From positions 1,728,001 through 1,792,000 of the forward strand of contig OY970173.1 in assembly GCA_963707635.1 (NCBI GenBank): a stretch of DNA of 64,000 nucleotides, given 5' to 3'. Below are positions 58,458 to 64,000 of this stretch, in pieces (position 1 is the stretch's first letter; each line of letters starts with the position of its first letter). Position numbers and translations under genes: made by a program. Source of the DNA: Candidatus Latescibacterota bacterium. Its GTDB lineage: Bacteria > Krumholzibacteriota > Krumholzibacteriia > WVZY01 > JAKEHA01. The notes beneath the pieces were generated by a model. That model was given only the letters and a program-made list of their open reading frames with translations. It did not search any database and was not told where the DNA came from.

Positions 58458-58748
58458 GTGGAGCCCCCAAAGAGTCAATCCGATGAACGCGTTGCCCAAC
58501 GCCGCGAGCGGGACGAGGGGCGACTGCCCAAACCACGCTCGAAGCGCAGGCCGCGGAAGTGCCCGGACTGCGGTTCGTCGCGAGTAGTGAAGATCCTCTA
58601 CGGCCTTCAACCGGACACGGAGAAAATCTGGGACGACCTCAAGGCAGGGCGGGTTGTGCTTGGCGGGTGCTGCATCAGCGGGGACGATCCGCGCTGGGAG
58701 TGCCTGGACTGTGGGGAGCAGGTGTGGGAGGAGGAGACGGTGTTGTGA
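58458..58748 (+). CDS. Small Cys-rich zinc-ribbon-like hypothetical protein
   Basis: CPDCGS, ILYG, LGGCC, PRWECLDCG. Confidence 0.6.
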   Translation: MEPPKSQSDERVAQRRERDEGRLPKPRSKRRPRKCPDCGSSRVVKILYGLQPDTEKIWDDLKAGRVVLGGCCISGDDPRWECLDCGEQVWEEETVL

Positions 58749-58954
58749 ATCTTCCTAAACCGCTCCCCGCCGCTGTTGATGCGAGCGACGTGTATTTCTA
58801 TCACTTCCAGGGAATGCCGGCCACCGGGGCCGGGAAGATGGTGCTTCTGAAGTGGGCCGATTGCCACGCGCACGCGTTTTTGCTACCGTTGTGACTCCTC
58901 CCCGAAGTTCCAGGTTCCTCCCACACAGACTGGCCTCACGAAGGAGTCCCAGGG

Positions 58955-59485
58955 ATGAGCCGTTGCATTTCCAGAGCGCCCGGTACGCTGACCCAGAAGA
59001 TCGAGCAATCAATCGTCTTTGTTCGCGGGGAGAAGGTCATGCTGGACTACGTCCTTGCGGCTATGTATGGAGTGACTACTGGTGCCCTCGTCCAAGCCGT
59101 CGGTCGCAACCCCAGCCGGTTTCCGGAAGACTTCATGTATCAGCTTTCGAAGCAAGAGGTTACAAACTTGAAATCACAATCTGTGATATCAAGTTGGGGT
59201 GGCCGCCGCCATCGCCCTTACGCGTTCACCGAGCAGGGTGTCGCCATGCTCTCCAGCGTTCTTCGCAGCGAGCGTGCGATCCGGGTCAACGTGGAGATCA
59301 TGCGGGCGTTCGTGCGACTGCGCCGTCTGCTCATTACGCACGCCGATCTGGCCCGACAACTGGAGGAGTTGGAGAAGAAGTACGACGCGCAGTTTCGCGT
59401 TGTCTTCGATGCGATTCGAGAGTTGATGGCGCCCACCGCCGCTCCAGAGAAACGTCGCATCGGTTTCAAGCCGCGCGACGAATGA
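58955..59485 (+). CDS. ORF6N-domain DNA-binding protein
   Basis: [54 protein letters not shown]. Confidence 0.88.
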   Translation: MSRCISRAPGTLTQKIEQSIVFVRGEKVMLDYVLAAMYGVTTGALVQAVGRNPSRFPEDFMYQLSKQEVTNLKSQSVISSWGGRRHRPYAFTEQGVAMLSSVLRSERAIRVNVEIMRAFVRLRRLLITHADLARQLEELEKKYDAQFRVVFDAIRELMAPTAAPEKRRIGFKPRDE

Positions 59486-59561
59486 CGCCAACGGCCATGT
59501 AGTCTGGGCCGTCCAGAAGGAGCACTAGATCGAGCGTGCGAATGCTCCGCGGAACCACCTC

Positions 59562-59596
59562 CGCTCTGGACAACCGCTACCGCGCACGGTAACGTA
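59562..59596 (+). repeat. Second copy of the TA promoter/operator
   Basis: 31/35 identical to 57751-57785. Confidence 0.8.
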
Positions 59597-59631
59597 CAGC
59601 CGGTGAAAATCCAATGGCCAGCGCTCACTGA

Positions 59632-60591
59632 ATGAAACCTCAGCCCCGTCATTTGCTCGATAGCTTGACAATGGCATTCGGTAATGCGGTCCTCTACGCT
59701 CTGCATCCGAGATTCGTACGGCGATATCTTCACGACATTGGCCGTCTGCCCAATATCGCTTATCCAAGACGCTATTCGGAACGGATGTTATGGCGCAGGC
59801 TCATTGATCATAGTCCGCAGTTCGTCGTTTTCTCGGATAAACTCGCCACCAAGGACTATTGTCGGCGCGTCTGCCCCGAGCTGCTCCTGCCGCAGACTCT
59901 CTGGACCGGAAAAGATGCTGACGCGATACCGGACGAACTTCTCCGTGGCGACGTCTTTGTAAAAACAAACCACGGATTCAATTTCAACTTCCCCATTCGA
60001 GGGGGAGTGTGTGATCGGGTGGAACTCAAAAAGAAGACGGACGCGTGGCTGAAATCAGTCCATGGCGTGGAAGCCGGGCAGTGGGCTTATTCGATGATCG
60101 AGCCGACGCTGTTCGTCGAAGAGGCTGTCGGTGACGCCGATCGCGACCTGCTCGACTTCTTCATACGGGCGAGCAACGGCAAGGCCATCCTCGGCTCCGT
60201 GAGTGGGCATAACAAGAGGCCGAACTCCTGGAGCAGATACCTCGATCTGGATGGTAATCCAACGGCCGGCACGAGTAGTAATGAAGGCGAAAGCCCAGAG
60301 CCGCTGCCGGAGGGCATCGAGATCCATCGGGCCTACCAGTTGGCGCTGCAGCATACGGAGAAGTTGAGCGTCGGCGTGGACTATGCGCGCTTCGACTTCA
60401 TGTGGAACGGGACGAGTCTGTACGGCGGAGAGATCACGGTCTATCCCGCGGCGGGGACGAGTGAAATCACGAACCCCTCGGTTCACGCCGCTATCATCGA
60501 CGGTTGGGACCTGAAATGCTCCCATTTCCTGCGGACATCGCATTCCGGAGTTGCGCGAATCTACGCGGATGCGCTCAAGAGACTATTGTGA
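59632..60591 (+). CDS. TupA-like ATP-grasp amidoligase family protein
   Basis: DKLATKDY, FVKTNHG, EPTLFVEE, DYARFDF, YGGEITVYPAAG; visibly lower GC. Confidence 0.75.
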   Translation: MKPQPRHLLDSLTMAFGNAVLYALHPRFVRRYLHDIGRLPNIAYPRRYSERMLWRRLIDHSPQFVVFSDKLATKDYCRRVCPELLLPQTLWTGKDADAIPDELLRGDVFVKTNHGFNFNFPIRGGVCDRVELKKKTDAWLKSVHGVEAGQWAYSMIEPTLFVEEAVGDADRDLLDFFIRASNGKAILGSVSGHNKRPNSWSRYLDLDGNPTAGTSSNEGESPEPLPEGIEIHRAYQLALQHTEKLSVGVDYARFDFMWNGTSLYGGEITVYPAAGTSEITNPSVHAAIIDGWDLKCSHFLRTSHSGVARIYADALKRLL

Positions 60592-60598
60592 TGGGGTT

Positions 60599-61519
60599 CT
60601 AGTTCTCCAAATAGGCGTTGATGGCACCGCCCGTCACCGTGAGCGTCCCGACCCCAGCCAGCGGGGGCAGCGTTCCATTGAACGAAGCGATCAGGCGGTT
60701 GGCGTCGAAGGTCGTGATCGTCACGGTGCCGATGTCCGCGCCGAGCCCACCCCACCACGAGTCCGCCGTCCCCGTCCGGCTCACCGTGATGCCCATCTGC
60801 GACGGAATCCCGTACGCGTTGCCCGCCGCGACCGGGACCTTCGGAACCAGCGAGATCGAGTAGGCCGTGTTGTCGGCCGCGAGGCTGAATGTGCCGGCGC
60901 CCGGATGAATGCCGACGATCGTCGCCGCGTTCCACGGCGTTCCGCCGATGGTCGCGATGGCGGTGCTGCCCACGCCGGTGGGGAGCGGAGGGAGTCCGGC
61001 GTCGATCGTGATGTCGAACGCCCCGCTCGTCACGACGCGCGTGGCGGGCACCGTGGCGGGAAGAGCGCCGGCGGCGGTGAAGTCGAACGTCCCGGCGATC
61101 CGCTTGTCGGTTCGCGCGGTGAGCGTCACAAAACCCGCCGCGCCGCTAAACGGCGTTGTCCAGGAGTCGGGCGCGATTGTCACCATGCCGATTCCGCCCG
61201 GATTGGTGCCGGGGTTGACCCCGAGCGGTTGCGAAGCGGGGCCGATGAAGAAGGAGATGGTGACGATGAGACCAATCCCCGTCGAGACCTGATATCCCGA
61301 AATCGCCAGGGTGCCCTGCCGTGTCGCCGGGTTGTTGCCGGTGACCTGGATGGTATTCGCGTCGGCCTTGAAGGCCTGGCCGTCGACGGTGGCGGTAAAG
61401 GTATTGCCGCCGCCCCCTCCTCCGCCTCCACCGTCCGGATTGGCTGGATCGTCCCCGCCTCCGCAGCCCACTGCGAGCAATGCAATAACGAGCAATGCCG
61501 AGCCGACAATGCGTCCCAT
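60599..61519 (-). CDS. Hypothetical lipoprotein with two internally similar beta domains
   Basis: AAAGGGAAGG RBS, lipobox AVGC, poly-Gly linker, repeated GxVTxT...IxGxF...VTxG pattern. Confidence 0.75.
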   Translation of the reverse strand: MGRIVGSALLVIALLAVGCGGGDDPANPDGGGGGGGGGNTFTATVDGQAFKADANTIQVTGNNPATRQGTLAISGYQVSTGIGLIVTISFFIGPASQPLGVNPGTNPGGIGMVTIAPDSWTTPFSGAAGFVTLTARTDKRIAGTFDFTAAGALPATVPATRVVTSGAFDITIDAGLPPLPTGVGSTAIATIGGTPWNAATIVGIHPGAGTFSLAADNTAYSISLVPKVPVAAGNAYGIPSQMGITVSRTGTADSWWGGLGADIGTVTITTFDANRLIASFNGTLPPLAGVGTLTVTGGAINAYLEN

Positions 61520-61681
61520 GCGGCACCTTCCCTTTGAGTGGTATGTGGAACTACGCCAAGCAGGGAAGAGTATAGCCGATTCGAGGCGAGCGCGTCGGTA
61601 TTGCGGCGTTATGGTGCCACTTGATAGAATAACTCACACGTTAACGTGATCGACCGTGCCCCATTGAGCCCGGAGGCGACC

Positions 61682-62659
61682 ATGAAATCTCGGCTCGGCG
61701 TGACCCGCCCGTTTTTGGCCATTCTCATTGCGTTGGCGCAACCGTGCCTGGCCACCGTGGCGTGGGACATCCAGGTCGAATGGAGCGACGCGGCGAATCC
61801 CAACGGTGTGTGGGTGTTCCGGGAGGGGGGCAACGTGCTCGGCCACGTCGCCGCATGGCAGCAGCCGGGTCTTGGCTACGTGCAGCCGGCATGGGCGGTC
61901 GGGGAAGTGTCGCCCAACGAGTACCTCCCGTCGTGGTTCAAGGCGACCGGGACGGTCGGCGGCCTCGACTGGGAAGTGGGCGATGTCGTGGTCCACACCA
62001 CCGACCCTGCGAACGGCCCGACCCACGGCAACGCATCCGTGAGGTGGGTCAGTCCTGTCGCCGACACGATCGCCATCACCGGATCCGTCTGGATCACACG
62101 CGACATCGGCCGCTCCGCGGCGTGGACGCTGCTACGCAACGCCACCCCGCTGACGGGCGGCAGCGTCTCGAGCGGGGACCCGTACAGTCGGGCAAACCCC
62201 TTCGACTTCGCCGCGGGAAGCGGCGGCGCCGGCGTACTCCAGGGCATTCCCATGCAGGTCGGCGACTTTATCGAGTTGAGCCTGGTCACGACCTCGTCCA
62301 ACACGCTCGGCGATATGGTGGGAGTCAATCTCCTGATCAACGGCGCGGTTACGGGCGTGGGTGACGGCCCCGCGCGCGCTCATTTTGTTCTCCACGATCC
62401 GGTGCCCAACCCGTTCAATCCGTCGACGACGATTGCCTTCGACGTTCCGGCGGGGGGCGCCGACGTCTCCATTTCGATCTACGACGTCACCGGCCGGCGC
62501 GTGCGAGGCCTGATGAGCGGGCGTCGCGACGCGGGAACGGGGAGCGTGACGTGGAATGGCCTCGACGATCGAGGGGTTGGCGTGGCGTCCGGCGTCTACC
62601 TCGTGCGGGTCACCGCGGGCGATTTCGAAGGGACACGCAAGATCACGCTGGCGAAGTGA
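61682..62659 (+). CDS. Secreted protein with C-terminal FlgD Ig-like domain
   Basis: GGAGG RBS, signal peptide, PVPNPFNPST, YDVTGRRVR, WNGLDD, ASGVYL. Confidence 0.82.
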   Translation: MKSRLGVTRPFLAILIALAQPCLATVAWDIQVEWSDAANPNGVWVFREGGNVLGHVAAWQQPGLGYVQPAWAVGEVSPNEYLPSWFKATGTVGGLDWEVGDVVVHTTDPANGPTHGNASVRWVSPVADTIAITGSVWITRDIGRSAAWTLLRNATPLTGGSVSSGDPYSRANPFDFAAGSGGAGVLQGIPMQVGDFIELSLVTTSSNTLGDMVGVNLLINGAVTGVGDGPARAHFVLHDPVPNPFNPSTTIAFDVPAGGADVSISIYDVTGRRVRGLMSGRRDAGTGSVTWNGLDDRGVGVASGVYLVRVTAGDFEGTRKITLAK

Positions 62660-62671
62660 GACAAGTCGGGA

Positions 62672-63560
62672 TCACTGCGCGCGGCGGCAGTTGCCCGACC
62701 CCATATAGAAGATGCCGCCTGAATATCCCATGTCCGAATCCCACGAGCCGCCGAACGTCGGATCGAAACTCGCGCGGACAGTTGCAAGAGGGGCGAAGAT
62801 CTCGACGGTTCCGTTCATGTTCATGAATCCCGTGACCGTGAAGTCGGGGTTGCCTCGGAACGTTATCGTCAGTTCGCCGTCCGGTCCGACCTCCATGGTC
62901 CAGGTGCCGGTGCTCACCAGCCCTCGGTCGGTGTAGCGGCAGGAGTTGCCGCTGTACGTGCCCGCATACGCCGCGCGCATTCCGCTCGTGAGATTCTCCT
63001 GTGCTTCCGCAGCTGGAACCAGCGGTCGCTCTCCCGCCTGGGTCGCCGCGGTCAGGCGCGAGATGATATCGCTCACGAGTGAGTCCGTTTCGAATTCGCT
63101 GATGTAATAACGAGAGAAATTGAGCGCGTCGCTGGCGGCGGCGGCGCGAACGGCGGCCGTCACCTGGATTCCATTCGACGGGTCCGCGTCATCGTCGAGT
63201 GGTCTGAAGGAAGCGCGCGATGTTCGTCACATCGTCGAAGGTCACACCACTGACCCCACCGAGATGGATCGGGCTAAGCAAGGAGGCGGCTGGTGCCTCT
63301 CCGAGGGAGATGCCGCCGATCAGAAACTCCACGTTCTTGCCGGGAACGTACGTGAATGTCCCGTTGGCGTCGGTGACACCCGATATTTCGCCGTCGGTGC
63401 CTCGCGCCGCCACATAGTCGAGGCCGGCGCACGGTGCATCGACGAAGACGCCTTCGTTGGCGGGGGGTACGGTGACGGGGGTTCCGGTCGGGGGTTCTTC
63501 GTCTCCACAACTGCACACGAACGCGACCCCGAGTACCGCGAGCAGAAAGAAGCGCCTCAT
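62672..63560 (-). CDS. Hypothetical lipoprotein; frameshift near 63200
   Basis: Lipobox-like VCSC; removing one base gives IARFLQTLDDDADPSNGIQVT and joins ORFs 63189..63560 and 62672..63163. Confidence 0.7.
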
Positions 63561-63601
63561 TTGAGCACCATGATCTTGGAAACCGGCATGAACACAAACT
63601 C

Positions 63602-64000
63602 CTAGTCGAGCGGCGACGGCAGTTTGCCGCAGCGCATCGATCCCGAATAGAAAATCCCACCGATCATTCCCAGGTCAAACTCCCAAGTGCCGTTAAACGT
63701 GGGGGTGAACGACCCGCGGAGGGATCCGTTGGCCGTGAAGATCTCGACCCGGCCGTTGAGATCCATGGTTCCGGTGTAGGTGAACCCCGGAGTCCCTCGA
63801 AACGCAATCGACACCTCGCCGTTCGGCCCGACGTCCATGGTCCACTCGCCGCCGCGAGACCCGGGTTCGAAGGTGCAGTACCTGCCCCGGTAGGTGCCCT
63901 GATACCCCGCGCGAATTCCACTCTCGAGGTTGGCCTGCGCTTCCGCCGCCGGCACCAGCGGTCGCTCACCCGCCGCGGTCGCGCCCGTGAGAACCTGGAT
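63602..64000 (-). CDS. Tandem paralog of the 62672-63560 lipoprotein, C-terminal part; truncated by window edge
   Basis: PLVPAAEAQANLESGIRAGYQGTY versus PLVPAAEAQENLTSGMRAAYAGTY; shared WTMxVGPxGE and GGIFY. Confidence 0.75.
   Translation of the reverse strand: MQVLTGATAAGERPLVPAAEAQANLESGIRAGYQGTYRGRYCTFEPGSRGGEWTMDVGPNGEVSIAFRGTPGFTYTGTMDLNGRVEIFTANGSLRGSFTPTFNGTWEFDLGMIGGIFYSGSMRCGKLPSPLD

Noticed and set aside
55990..60600. Integron cassette array (GCATAAC at the antitoxin stop, many small genes)
   Set aside because: No matching GTTRRRY ends forming attC sites and no integrase in the window

Overview
High-GC bacterial chromosome segment from a diderm. The FlgD-Ig 'PNPFNP' C-terminal domains and a 'TWGxxKxLY' tail suggest an FCB-related lineage such as Krumholzibacteriota/Latescibacterota (inference). 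In order: Omp85 (partial), TamB, a metallopeptidase/beta-propeller/Omp85 chimera, pcrA/uvrD and gatCAB; an accessory block (broken DUF4395, amidohydrolase, a circularly permuted PafA-type alkaline phosphatase, a lamin-tail protein); a large acyl-CoA/propionyl-CoA cluster (meaB, split B12 methylmalonyl-CoA mutase, epimerase, carboxylase subunits, 3 thiolases, 2 hydroxyacyl-CoA dehydrogenases, crotonase, 2 acyl-CoA dehydrogenases) interrupted by secreted-protein genes; a leuB-like gene, tRNA-Leu(TAG), tig-clpP-clpX-lon, a 4-gene insert and engB; then a patchy accessory region of toxin-antitoxin modules, orphan antitoxins, a serC-like/serA-like pair and lipoproteins. The most notable unexplained structures are two families of ~95-bp nested-hairpin intergenic repeats in both orientations relative to transcription, the permuted phosphatase, a duplicated TA promoter/operator, and a His-rich trigger factor. 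Six genes carry net +1 frameshifts, most likely long-read consensus errors. No CRISPR, rRNA, integrase or transposase was seen. Family assignments come from motif recognition, not database searches.
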